This document shows, one piece after another, positions 39,725 to 48,508 of a stretch of DNA of 64,000 bases. The stretch's first letter is position 1. Each line of letters opens with the position of its first letter. This stretch comes from a virus, in the IMG/VR virus record IMGVR_UViG_3300021197_001752, positions 32,001 to 96,000 of that record; one strand, written 5' to 3'. The notes beneath the pieces are model-generated. The model saw only the letters and a program-made list of their open reading frames with translations. It was not told the DNA's origin and ran no database searches. The position numbers and the translations under genes were made by a program.

Positions 39725-39981
39725 TACTTATCTCCCGAATCCTCGTTTAAAACCTGAAGCTGCTCTTCTAAGTGGGTAATTTTCTCTTCAAGCTTACGGA
39801 GGTGTGACTTCATCTTCCTAGTCTGCTCCAATGCTAAAGAGATACGATTCTTATCTTTTTTAGAGGAAACCTTGACAGATCTCAAATTATCCTCAATAGC
39901 TTGCAGCGAATAAGAGTAGCCACTAGCACTAAATTCTTCATTTAGCAAGAAACTTTTAGTTATTTTGTTTAATAGGCTCAT
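39724..39981 (-). CDS. Hypothetical coiled-coil protein
   Basis: Likely start MSLLNK; TAATG overlap with the downstream gene. Confidence 0.6.
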   Translation of the reverse strand: MSLLNKITKSFLLNEEFSASGYSYSLQAIEDNLRSVKVSSKKDKNRISLALEQTRKMKSHLRKLEEKITHLEEQLQVLNEDSGDK

Positions 39982-40216
39982 TTTTCTTCCTGCTCCTAGG
40001 TTTGGTATTAGACGTTTTTTTTGGAGTTTTGTTCGTTCTTTTTGGTTTTCTGTTTTCAAGTTCAATCTTAGCGTTTGCAACGGTTTCCTCGTACAAAGCG
40101 CCAGGATTGCCTTCTTCATTCTTAGGAAAAATCTTCTTGCAATAATCAATTACTTCTTGATTGTTATTGATTATTGCCTCTACTAATCTATCCTGCCATT
40201 TTACAAAGCTACCCAT
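39956..40216 (-). CDS. Hypothetical protein with basic C-terminus
   Basis: AGGAG RBS; 86 aa. Confidence 0.6.
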   Translation of the reverse strand: MGSFVKWQDRLVEAIINNNQEVIDYCKKIFPKNEEGNPGALYEETVANAKIELENRKPKRTNKTPKKTSNTKPRSRKKNEPIKQNN

Positions 40217-40226
40217 ATCATTCTCC

Positions 40227-41297
40227 TTATTTTAGCTTACTAACTCTGTCGATATAGAACGACCACAGTGAGTCATCCTCGATAGTGGAAATCATTTTTA
40301 CAATACCTACTTCATTTGGTCCGAGCTTTAGGTCCTCTACCCCTACTATTTTAGGAGCTTGTTTATTTGTTACCACATTGCCATAGCCATAGTATACCAC
40401 CATATCAGCAAAAGGTCTATAGACTTTTCTACTTTTATTAGTAACATAAAGAGTATATTCTTGACCTTCTCTTAAATTAGTTATTTGTAAGTTGATGCCA
40501 GCGTAGGGGTTTTTACTATTTGGCTTGATGTCAACATGAGCGTTGCTATAACCACCCTGAGTGCTCCATAAGATATTAGAAAATTGCTGCTTGTTTCTCA
40601 CAAGCTCAGATGATACTAGCCTGATGAAACCTCTGCCTGAATATGAAATAGTGATTGTCTTACCAGTTGAACTGAGTTCTATATTCTCGCCGCCAGATAT
40701 CTTCTTATATAAAGCAGTGCGTCCATTGACAGCAGAAAATATCCCTTCGCCTATAGATCCTAGATTAGCAGCAGAATCAATTTGGTTCGCTAAAGAGATC
40801 TGTATATTATCTGGGCCTTCCGACACATTGATACCATCTTTTGCTGTAATGGTTTTTAGCTTCCTGCCGTCATCAGTAGATAAGCTAGTTCCCTTACCAT
40901 TAGATTCTAATATCGTAATACAGTCAGATAGAACCACGACAGCATCATCTAATCTTTTATAGTGTAGGTTTCCGCCCATGTCAAATAGGTAACCATTTTT
41001 AAATGTTCTGCCTGCTGGTATTTCACTAACAGGGGATAGAGAGATACAGCCGTCTACGTGCAGTTTTGAATGCCCATCAGCAAAACCCGTATCGTCACAT
41101 ATCGATATAGATTTTGTAGTCATCCTACTGGTTGCAATTACTGTTTCGCCACAAACCGAATCGGCTGCTAAAGAGGTTGCTTTTACATTCTTTAGTTCAG
41201 CGTCGTTGGCTTCTAAATTACCATTGATCTCCGCATCGCCGTCGTGCGGAAAAGGTGGTGGATAGTTAAATACAATTTGATGTTTCTTTTTAGCCAT
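40227..41297 (-). CDS. Putative fibre/virion protein
   Basis: N-terminus similar to 46190-47053 (FP..GDA.I.GNLE); repeated K.I..G.NI.LS modules. Confidence 0.5.
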   Translation of the reverse strand: MAKKKHQIVFNYPPPFPHDGDAEINGNLEANDAELKNVKATSLAADSVCGETVIATSRMTTKSISICDDTGFADGHSKLHVDGCISLSPVSEIPAGRTFKNGYLFDMGGNLHYKRLDDAVVVLSDCITILESNGKGTSLSTDDGRKLKTITAKDGINVSEGPDNIQISLANQIDSAANLGSIGEGIFSAVNGRTALYKKISGGENIELSSTGKTITISYSGRGFIRLVSSELVRNKQQFSNILWSTQGGYSNAHVDIKPNSKNPYAGINLQITNLREGQEYTLYVTNKSRKVYRPFADMVVYYGYGNVVTNKQAPKIVGVEDLKLGPNEVGIVKMISTIEDDSLWSFYIDRVSKLK

Positions 41298-41338
41298 AGT
41301 CGTTATTAAATAGTCTCCATAAAATATGTTGTATGTTT

Positions 41339-42286
41339 TTATACTTCAGCGGTGGATAATAAAGCGTATTTACAAAATAGATATTTCAGTACGCTCCCAA
41401 TCTGCGTTCCATCATGACAGTTGTTGTAAATAATAATTTCAGCAACTTGCGGGCTTGTTATAAATTGTCCATCTGTAACTGGTATTATAGCGAAATCGTC
41501 ACCTTGATCAGTTTCACTAGAAACTAAGTTAGAAGTAAAAGATCCGATATCATTTGATGTTGCCCTATAGAAAGATACATTGTCGTCAATTTTAATAGCA
41601 TAAGCACAAAACTTATCCTTTATGATATTGTTATATGTTGAGCTAGCTGATACAGCCATACTATGAGAATCTACATCACCAAAGTCATTAACATCAGGTG
41701 AGTCTTCCATATCATCAACAGAATATTTCATAACAATATAAAGTGATTTATGCTTTAGGGATTTCAAAGCATCAGGCGGCGAGTTGCATTCAAAATATGC
41801 TCGCTCATCATCAAATTCTATTGTTGAAAATCCGTTCAGTAAATGCTTATTATAATTTGGACTTGCATCTACATCTGGCGCTTTGATATTTTCACATTGA
41901 CCGCTGCTATCAGCCCACGAAACCGTAATCGGAGATTCGTCTGTTACGTCAAAACTAAGATCCTCAGCAATCAAGTGTAATAGTTTCTCGTTTGGCATTG
42001 GTGCAGGACCACCAGTAAATCTTCTTACCTTATTCTCTCTGACTTCTTCAACACCAGAGGGCACAATACCCCCTTCTTGTACTACATAAGCTGTACTTCT
42101 AGGAGGCTGTTTTAAACTTCCTGCCCCGAAGGCTGTGACACGAGTTGGTATAGGCCCACATACACCTTCATCAAATTCTTCTCTAATATCTTGTATTCTG
42201 GTTATTACTCCGCTGCCATTCATCATCCCGATAGCTCTGGGCAGGCTACCACTAGCTATCAGACTATTGATTAAATCAGTTGACAT
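41339..42286 (-). CDS. Putative virion protein with LamG-like domain
   Basis: VSWADSSG...P.Y...LNG...IEFD...VAEIIIYN...YL..KY. Confidence 0.55.
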   Translation of the reverse strand: MSTDLINSLIASGSLPRAIGMMNGSGVITRIQDIREEFDEGVCGPIPTRVTAFGAGSLKQPPRSTAYVVQEGGIVPSGVEEVRENKVRRFTGGPAPMPNEKLLHLIAEDLSFDVTDESPITVSWADSSGQCENIKAPDVDASPNYNKHLLNGFSTIEFDDERAYFECNSPPDALKSLKHKSLYIVMKYSVDDMEDSPDVNDFGDVDSHSMAVSASSTYNNIIKDKFCAYAIKIDDNVSFYRATSNDIGSFTSNLVSSETDQGDDFAIIPVTDGQFITSPQVAEIIIYNNCHDGTQIGSVLKYLFCKYALLSTAEV

Positions 42287-42296
42287 TGCGATCCCC

Positions 42297-43415
42297 CTAT
42301 TTTACCTGGTACCAGGCTTTATGAGAACCTTCGCTAATCCAAACAAAGGTTAAAGCTGATATACCACCTGCATCAGTTAGCTGACTATAGGACCCGCTGA
42401 TTAGTCCTGCTGGTAAAATCATAGTGTTATTTGTTGAACCATTTTGGGCTATGATAGTAAGACGCTGACCAGAATTAGTGGCAACTGGAAAGTTTAAAGC
42501 GTGCACTTCCTGACCACCCATTTCACTGCCGTTGATGGAGTCTGCGTCTAATAATATAATACCTGAAGTTGTAGAAAGAGTACTGCTAGTTCCACTACCA
42601 AGATCTTGTGTTGTTACATCGGTTGCAAAAAAATCTGATTTAGTTGTGCCTATTACTTCCAAGTCTGTAGATGGAGTGCTTGTATGAATGCCGACATAGC
42701 CGTTAGTTCCCTCAATAGTAATCCGAGCTTTGTGTCCGTTGTTTGATGAATCATTGGCAAGCTGAATGGGTCTAAGGTTTGAATTGGCGTGGTTTGGGCA
42801 AAATGCGTCAAGAAAATATGCACCAGCCAAAGAGTCAGTATATGTGGTTCCTGCGGTACCCTCCAGAGCCATGGAGGCAAGGCGATTGCCTCGCCCAGTG
42901 GCATCCGTCAGACTATCTGAATAGTAGTCAATAAAGGGATTATCTGCTTCGCCAGTGGTGTTAGCAGTATCAGCGATTAGTTTAATCCCCACATCTCTCT
43001 TGCTTCTTAATCTAATAATAGCATCAGCCTCATGACCCGTAATAGCATCAAACGGATCTGTGATGTCTAAGACTGTTTGAGGCGAATTATTTCCAATACC
43101 AATTCGGTTAGTGCCGCCATCAATATAGAACATATGAGTATTATGATTACTTTCTACTCGGAAATCTTTGTCTGCTGAACCTTCGTTAAATACAGCAGCG
43201 CCTTCTACCTTTAAAGTTCCAGTCACCTGATGCACATCACTTGAGTTATCACCTATGGTAATACCACCAGGCTCAATGGAAAGATTAGTTGCATCGTTGA
43301 CCACAAAATTAATTTGATCTACTTCAAAATCTATTTTTGTATGATCGTCGATATCACCAGAAAATGTAATATCTCCCATTTCGCTCTTGCCGCTATGACG
43401 TCCACTGTATCCCAT
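42297..43415 (-). CDS. Tail-fibre-like protein
   Basis: FNEGSADKDFRVES, RIGIGNNSPQTVLDI and VGIHTSTPSTDLEV fibre repeats; start moved to MGYSGRH, downstream of the terminator. Confidence 0.75.
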   Translation of the reverse strand: MGYSGRHSGKSEMGDITFSGDIDDHTKIDFEVDQINFVVNDATNLSIEPGGITIGDNSSDVHQVTGTLKVEGAAVFNEGSADKDFRVESNHNTHMFYIDGGTNRIGIGNNSPQTVLDITDPFDAITGHEADAIIRLRSKRDVGIKLIADTANTTGEADNPFIDYYSDSLTDATGRGNRLASMALEGTAGTTYTDSLAGAYFLDAFCPNHANSNLRPIQLANDSSNNGHKARITIEGTNGYVGIHTSTPSTDLEVIGTTKSDFFATDVTTQDLGSGTSSTLSTTSGIILLDADSINGSEMGGQEVHALNFPVATNSGQRLTIIAQNGSTNNTMILPAGLISGSYSQLTDAGGISALTFVWISEGSHKAWYQVK

Positions 43416-43431
43416 ATTATAACCCTCTGCC

Positions 43432-43442
43432 TTATAAGTAGT
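43432..43442 (-). promoter_or_regulatory. Putative late-promoter motif ACTACTTATAA
   Basis: Identical to the 36414-36424 motif; lies between the terminator and the gene start. Confidence 0.45.
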
Positions 43443-43447
43443 TTTAT

Positions 43448-43481
43448 ATAAAACAAAGGGGACACCGAAGTGTCCCCTTTG
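43448..43481 (-). terminator. Rho-independent terminator
   Basis: Perfect 12-bp stem CAAAGGGGACAC-UUCG-GUGUCCCCUUUG followed by a U-tract. Confidence 0.88.
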
Positions 43482-43516
43482 AGGTAGCAAACTTTATATA
43501 ACCTATCTACAAAATA

Positions 43517-46045
43517 CTAGTAGATGTCGTATCCCGTACCGTTCCACATCAAGTTGACAGCAGCCATTGGTGAGGACATGGTAAGCGCAGCAAGACCGTC
43601 AAAGGTCATGTTGCTAGCACCAGAGCCTGTTAGGACGACAGCGCCGTCCGATAGACTTTGGTACTTGATAGTAAGCATCTTGCCAGCTTCACTTGCAGCG
43701 TGTACAGGCAAGAAGAGTTTAATATCTTCCGAACCTGATGGTGCGACTGCAAGGTAAGATGGGAAGTTAGCTGCACTAACACTACCCGACACAATGTGTA
43801 TTCTTGAACTGGAAACCAGACCGCCGATCAGATCGACGTTTGCTGGGTACTGAAGTGAGCCGCCCGCCAAGAATGACGATGAATGACCCAAGATCAATGA
43901 ACCAGATGTTCGCACGGTGCCACCAAGAACTTGGTGACCTGCTGACATGTTGGATGATACAGAATCACCCGCTGATGTAATACCACCAGCAGCCTGTACA
44001 ACACCTGCTGCACTAACAGTTAAGGCAGCAGTACCGCCCGAACCACCGACTGCAAGAGTGTCCATACCCACGTCACCGAAAGCACCTGAAGCAAACATTG
44101 ACATGCCAGTTCCTTGGACGTTGCGGAAACCAGAAATATCACTATCACTGTTTACAACAACAGCCTTAGATGCTGCAACTGAGCCAGCAGTAATATCATC
44201 AAGCTGCTCAAGGTCAGCTTCGTTGATCACAGCACTACCGATAGTAAAACCAGCAGCAGTGACAACACCTGAAGCACCAAGCGATGTTACACCAGTAACA
44301 GCACCACCAGCATTAACACCAACAGCGACAACTGCACCAGCAGCAGTAACTGTGAAGGCATCGTCAACATTAAGTCCGCCGTCAAAGGTACCAAGACCAC
44401 TAGCAGCAACTGTGGTTGCACCAGCAATGGCACCAGCAGCACTAATGCCACCACCTTGAAGTGCCAAGCTTGTACCACCTAGTGCATCAAATGTACCAGC
44501 AGCACCAGACAATGCACCTTCGACTGTACCATCACCCTGAACAGTAAGATCACCACCAGAGTCAATCTTCATTGCTTCACTACCAGAGAAAGCAAAGATC
44601 AATTCATCTTCAGCAGCATCATTGAAAGCAATTTCTGCAATTGATTTACCAGCGCCTGGACTTCCGAAGAAGATACCGCCGCCGTCTAGCTGCGAAGCAC
44701 CTGCTGAACCACTACCAATGATGATGCGAACATCTTCAACAGCCAATTCTGTTGCATTGGTGGTGACACGGTTGAAGGCACCTTGGATATCCACGTCACC
44801 CTTAATGGTGAGCTTGCCATCAGCCAATGTCAACAAATCAGCATCATCTGCATGACCGATTTGTACAGCGGTGATGTTACGGAAACCACCCGCATCCTTG
44901 TTAGCATCTACAACGACAGCCTTGTTAGCTGCAACTGTACCATTAGTGATACCGTCAAGCTTCTCAAGGTCAGCTTCGTTGAGATCAGCACTACCAATGA
45001 TAATGCTTGTACCAGCAGTAACGCTACCATCAAAAGCAGCATTGCCTAAGAACGTAGCATTGCCAGAACCTGAGACGGTTCTGCCGCTAATATCACGGGC
45101 ACCTGCGATATCGAGCGAGGCATCTAGGACCATTGCTTTACCAGCAGCGGCTGTACCATCAGTGATACCATCCAACTTCTCAAGGTCAGCTTCGCTCATG
45201 ACAGCACTACCAACGGTAAGACCGCCAGCAGTGAGAACACCTGCAACATTTGCAGTAGACTCAATGTCTAGAGTAAGACCAGAGACGGCCGCCGAAGCAG
45301 ATAGACCTGTTGCAACAACGTGAGTTGCACCAATCGTACCAGTGACGTTAACATTAGCATTGTGAGTAGCAACACCATGAGCGGTATTAGCAGCATGACT
45401 AATCAAGTTGCCTTTAACCTCTAGATCATCACCAACAAAAAGATCGGTGATTGAACCTGATGGTGAGCTAACGCTGACCGAACCAGTAACAGCAACAGCA
45501 GTTAAGCTGTTGAAGCTAGTAGCATCTTTAGTAGCATTTACAACGACCGCCTTAGAGGCTGCAACTGTACCAGCAGTAATACCATCAAGCTGCTCAAGGT
45601 CAGCTTCGCTCATGACAGCACTACCGATAGTAAAGCTGGTAGCAGCCGCAATTGTACCATTAACCGTTAGAGCACCATCTGCTAATTCTAACAAGTCGTT
45701 ATCGGCATTGACACCAATCTTGACCGCTTGGATCATTGATGCACCGAATGCACCAGTAACAGCAGTAACACCTGACATGTAAGTGCCAAGCTGTGCTAGA
45801 GATAGAACTTTATTGCTATCACTATCACTGTCATCCATAAGGATGAGTTCATCAGTGTGCGCTAGAGCACCGTCAGCACCGCCGCCTAGATTGTAGTTTG
45901 TACCAGCAGCTAGGTTTAGATCTGCAACATCGATTGACTTGTCGGCGAATTCAATACCACCTGAAAGTTGTAACTTATCATTAGCACCATCAAGAGCGAT
46001 AGTACCGTTGAGTCTCGCAAGACCCGATTGAAATTTATAAGCCAT
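43517..46045 (-). CDS. Gly/Ala/Ser-rich repetitive fibre-like virion protein
   Basis: 842 aa; strong AGGAGG RBS; four internal repeats; C-terminal domain shared with neighbouring genes. Confidence 0.75.
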   Translation of the reverse strand: MAYKFQSGLARLNGTIALDGANDKLQLSGGIEFADKSIDVADLNLAAGTNYNLGGGADGALAHTDELILMDDSDSDSNKVLSLAQLGTYMSGVTAVTGAFGASMIQAVKIGVNADNDLLELADGALTVNGTIAAATSFTIGSAVMSEADLEQLDGITAGTVAASKAVVVNATKDATSFNSLTAVAVTGSVSVSSPSGSITDLFVGDDLEVKGNLISHAANTAHGVATHNANVNVTGTIGATHVVATGLSASAAVSGLTLDIESTANVAGVLTAGGLTVGSAVMSEADLEKLDGITDGTAAAGKAMVLDASLDIAGARDISGRTVSGSGNATFLGNAAFDGSVTAGTSIIIGSADLNEADLEKLDGITNGTVAANKAVVVDANKDAGGFRNITAVQIGHADDADLLTLADGKLTIKGDVDIQGAFNRVTTNATELAVEDVRIIIGSGSAGASQLDGGGIFFGSPGAGKSIAEIAFNDAAEDELIFAFSGSEAMKIDSGGDLTVQGDGTVEGALSGAAGTFDALGGTSLALQGGGISAAGAIAGATTVAASGLGTFDGGLNVDDAFTVTAAGAVVAVGVNAGGAVTGVTSLGASGVVTAAGFTIGSAVINEADLEQLDDITAGSVAASKAVVVNSDSDISGFRNVQGTGMSMFASGAFGDVGMDTLAVGGSGGTAALTVSAAGVVQAAGGITSAGDSVSSNMSAGHQVLGGTVRTSGSLILGHSSSFLAGGSLQYPANVDLIGGLVSSSRIHIVSGSVSAANFPSYLAVAPSGSEDIKLFLPVHAASEAGKMLTIKYQSLSDGAVVLTGSGASNMTFDGLAALTMSSPMAAVNLMWNGTGYDIY
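44140..45640 (-). repeat. Four dispersed ~40-aa intragenic repeats (IGSAxxxEADLExLDxITxGxxAAxKAxVx)
   Basis: Copies near 44140-44250, 44895-45010, 45110-45230 and 45520-45640; the DNA core ctcaaggtcagcttcg is identical in all four. Confidence 0.9.
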
Positions 46046-46189
46046 ATTTATTTTCCTCCTAAATATGAGAAAAACTTATTATCTAAATAACATTTTATAA
46101 ACTAATTTATTAGCGTTGTTTGGGTACGCCAATCAGTTCATGGAACCATGATAACCTATAATGTGTTGTATTTTCGGAACCTATTTTGG

Positions 46190-47053
46190 TTAGTAAACGA
46201 AATAACCATTGCTACCATTTGTATATAGGCTGATCGCAGCAAAAGGGGAGCGTAAAAGAATAAAACCTGCACCATCAATTGTTTGTACGCCTGAGGCGGA
46301 AATAGCGATATTATGCGTGTGTGAGTTCCCAAGCTCATCCTTTAACACGAGAGTTTGACCCTCAGTTAAGCTGGATGCGTCTGGGAGTCTAATATCTAAA
46401 TCATCAGTAGCTCTGATAGCAAGATAATAATCTGTTTGAGAAGCAGTAACAGTAGAAGTAACTGCCCTTCTATTCAAAACCAATCCAGCGTTGACAACTA
46501 GCTTGTTACCATCAAAAGTTAGATTAGCTTCACCATTGATTGATCCATCACCACCAGCAGTGGTGAGTCTGTTATTGGAATCATTACTTATCGTTACAGA
46601 ACCGCCACCTGTTGTTAGAACCATTTTATTATTTGCATCTAATGCTAAGAAGCTTCCAGGTCCAGCGACTGACCCTGTTGTTACATCGTCGGATACTAAA
46701 ATGTTACCTGATACATTTAGAGCGCCTGTAAGTTCTAAATCAGTACCATCAAAGGTTAGGTTTGCTTCGCCATTGAAAGAATCTGAATCAACTGAAGTGA
46801 TAAGCCTATTGTCAGAAGCATTGGCAACATTTGGCCCTGAGCTTGACATGTTTACTAGAGTACTATCTGAGAACTTTGCAAACATCTGATTGCCAGACAT
46901 AAACATCTTTACAGTACCCGCAGCAGGTGCACCAGGCACACTAGTAACCTCAGAGAGATTCAGTACTCCGCTTACTTCTAAGTTACCTGTTACGGCAGCA
47001 TCACCGTTGAAGGGAAATAAGTCTACATTTCCGATAACTAATTTAGCAGTCAT
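46190..47053 (-). CDS. Fibre-like virion protein
   Basis: Two NxSxNRLxT...NGEANLTFDG repeats; C-terminal IRLPDA...GQTLVLKDE.G...TIDG domain. Confidence 0.75.
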   Translation of the reverse strand: MTAKLVIGNVDLFPFNGDAAVTGNLEVSGVLNLSEVTSVPGAPAAGTVKMFMSGNQMFAKFSDSTLVNMSSSGPNVANASDNRLITSVDSDSFNGEANLTFDGTDLELTGALNVSGNILVSDDVTTGSVAGPGSFLALDANNKMVLTTGGGSVTISNDSNNRLTTAGGDGSINGEANLTFDGNKLVVNAGLVLNRRAVTSTVTASQTDYYLAIRATDDLDIRLPDASSLTEGQTLVLKDELGNSHTHNIAISASGVQTIDGAGFILLRSPFAAISLYTNGSNGYFVY

Positions 47054-47112
47054 ATAAAGAGATCCTGTATTATTATATTAGGCATACAAAATAAATAGAT
47101 TGTATATAAAAC

Positions 47113-47136
47113 AAAAAAGCCCCCTTTCGGGAGCTT
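47113..47136 (-). terminator. Terminator after the tRNA cluster
   Basis: AAGCUCCC-GAAA-GGGGGCUU-UUUU. Confidence 0.8.
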
Positions 47137-47144
47137 ATTGTGTT

Positions 47145-47220
47145 TGGTGCCCAAAGTAGGACTTGAACCTACAACCTTCGGTTTACAAAACCGCTGCTCT
47201 ACCAGTTGAGCCATTCGGGC
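47145..47220 (-). tRNA. tRNA-Thr(UGU)
   Basis: GCCCGAA...anticodon loop UUUGUAA...GGUUCAAGUCC...UUUGGGC-A-CCA. Confidence 0.95.
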
Positions 47221-47221
47221 A

Positions 47222-47298
47222 TGGTAGTCCACCGAGGAATCGAACCTCGAACCTACTGATTATGAGTCAGTTGCTCTAACCAATTGAGCTAGTGGACC
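47222..47298 (-). tRNA. tRNA with CAU anticodon, probably tRNA-Ile2 (lysidine substrate)
   Basis: Canonical cloverleaf; loop CUCAUAA; C4-G69 and C5-G68 pairs; no initiator features; 9 nt downstream of tilS. Confidence 0.85.
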
Positions 47299-47307
47299 AC
47301 AGTTCTG

Positions 47308-47910
47308 TTAGTTGTTATTATACCTGCTTTCTACAATTTTTTTAAATGTTTTTTGGATACCTGGGTTAATTTCTTTTGCAACGGGCATCATGTCATGTCT
47401 AATAATACTTCTCATAAACTTTCTATTATTATTGCCAGGGTCAGTTAGGAAAGGAACATTCTTCCGTGTGCACCAGTCAACTAAGTTTTGTTTTGAGGTA
47501 GATAAGAAAGGACGGATAACATTTTTATTTTGATAAGGGATAAACTTTCCTTTACCATGTACAGATGAAAATAGAAACCACTCAATAACGTCGTCTAAAT
47601 TATGTCCAGTTACAATGGGTAGTTTATAGTCATGAAATCGCTTGTAGCGTTCATCCCGCCAGTGCTCCTCAAGTGACTTGCCGCTTGGACGAGATTCTGA
47701 TAAAACGCTGGTTACAAATGGGATTTTCTTACCTGCGCAATAGCTTCTAAGAAAGTGATAAGCTTCGTCGCCAAAGGTTGTACCATGATCAAAATAGTAT
47801 GCTGTAACATTATGATTATTATTAAGGAAATCTAAGATAGCCATAGAATCAGGACCACCACTAACGGCGACTACTAACTCCCTGGGTAACTTCCCTAAAA
47901 CTTTCAGCAT
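47308..47910 (-). CDS. tilS: tRNA(Ile)-lysidine synthetase, catalytic domain only
   Basis: AVSGGPDS (PP-loop), R..RY, GHNLDD..E, IRPFL, D..N...R..IRH. Confidence 0.92.
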   Translation of the reverse strand: MLKVLGKLPRELVVAVSGGPDSMAILDFLNNNHNVTAYYFDHGTTFGDEAYHFLRSYCAGKKIPFVTSVLSESRPSGKSLEEHWRDERYKRFHDYKLPIVTGHNLDDVIEWFLFSSVHGKGKFIPYQNKNVIRPFLSTSKQNLVDWCTRKNVPFLTDPGNNNRKFMRSIIRHDMMPVAKEINPGIQKTFKKIVESRYNNN

Positions 47911-47922
47911 CTCGAAACTCCT

Positions 47923-47999
47923 TGGTGATCCAGGCAGGATTTGAACCTGCGACCCACGGTTTAGAAGACCGTTGCTCTATCCAACTGAGCTACTGGACC
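47923..47999 (-). tRNA. tRNA-Arg(UCU)
   Basis: Canonical cloverleaf; ACGGU-CUUCUAA-ACCGU anticodon arm; A20; encoded CCA. Confidence 0.95.
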
Positions 48000-48004
48000 A
48001 TATG

Positions 48005-48079
48005 TGGAGCGGATGGTAGGACTCTCACCTACGTCTTTTGAATGGTATCCAAACGCTTTGATCCCTAAGCTACATCCGC
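48005..48079 (-). tRNA. Non-canonical tRNA-Gly(ACC)
   Basis: GCGGAUG/CAUCCGC-U-CCA acceptor; D-stem GCUU/AAGC; anticodon arm UUUGG-AUACCAU-UCAAA; T-arm GUAGG-UGAGAGU-CCUAC, lacking UUC. Confidence 0.8.
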
Positions 48080-48084
48080 AAAAG

Positions 48085-48170
48085 TGAAGAGTTTTCGCCC
48101 AAGTACGCTTAGGGCTCCTGTCCATATTTGTATCTAACCCTACAAACCGTTTTCCACACGCAACTCTTCA
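48085..48170 (-). ncRNA. Candidate structured RNA (four-way junction) upstream of tRNA-Gly
   Basis: 9-bp closing stem UGAAGAGUU/AACUCUUCA encloses hairpins CGU/ACG, UUUGUA/UACAAA and GCCC(U)AAG/CUUGGGC. Confidence 0.4.
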
Positions 48171-48279
48171 AAGGTATGTGGTTACTGAAGGTAGGGACGC
48201 TGGCTCTTTATGCTTCCTGCCAGATCGGTTCGGGTTTAGCCCTGACACTTATCTTCGTCTTGTGTATTTATTTTTCATT

Positions 48280-48498
48280 TTATTCTTCCTCGTCTGGGAC
48301 CCAATTACCAAAGCCAACACCGCCATGCCAGAAATCAATAGCACTTTCTGGTGCTGCTGTCCCTGTGTCTGGGATGACATCAACCCAATCAGTAACAAAC
48401 TTATCTACAGAAGCGTTGAAATCGTCAAGGGATGCCCCTTCTCTGCTGATGATCTCGATTGTAAAATTACACTTCCACTGTTTTTTATTTTCAGGCAT
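48280..48498 (-). CDS. Hypothetical protein
   Basis: AGGAG RBS; 72 aa. Confidence 0.65.
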   Translation of the reverse strand: MPENKKQWKCNFTIEIISREGASLDDFNASVDKFVTDWVDVIPDTGTAAPESAIDFWHGGVGFGNWVPDEEE

Positions 48499-48508
48499 TA
48501 CGATCTCC

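Noticed and set aside
44140-45640. Diversity-generating retroelement template/variable repeats
   Set aside because: No reverse transcriptase is present, the repeats are internal and in-frame, and the differences are not adenine-specific.
47050-47232. 60-aa minus-strand ORF
   Set aside because: It overlaps tRNA-Thr and its terminator, so it is a translation of RNA genes.
47222-47298. Initiator tRNA-fMet
   Set aside because: It lacks the C1:A72 mismatch and the three consecutive G-C pairs in the anticodon stem; adjacency to tilS favours Ile2.
48085-48170. Ochre-suppressor tRNA (UUA in the middle loop)
   Set aside because: It has an 8-nt loop without U33 context, no T-loop consensus and no CCA.
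48195-48247. SRP (4.5S) RNA, suggested by GUCAGG...AGGAAGCA on the minus strand
   Set aside because: The GNRA-capped helix-8 geometry and long flanking helix are not present; kept only as an unassigned structured region.
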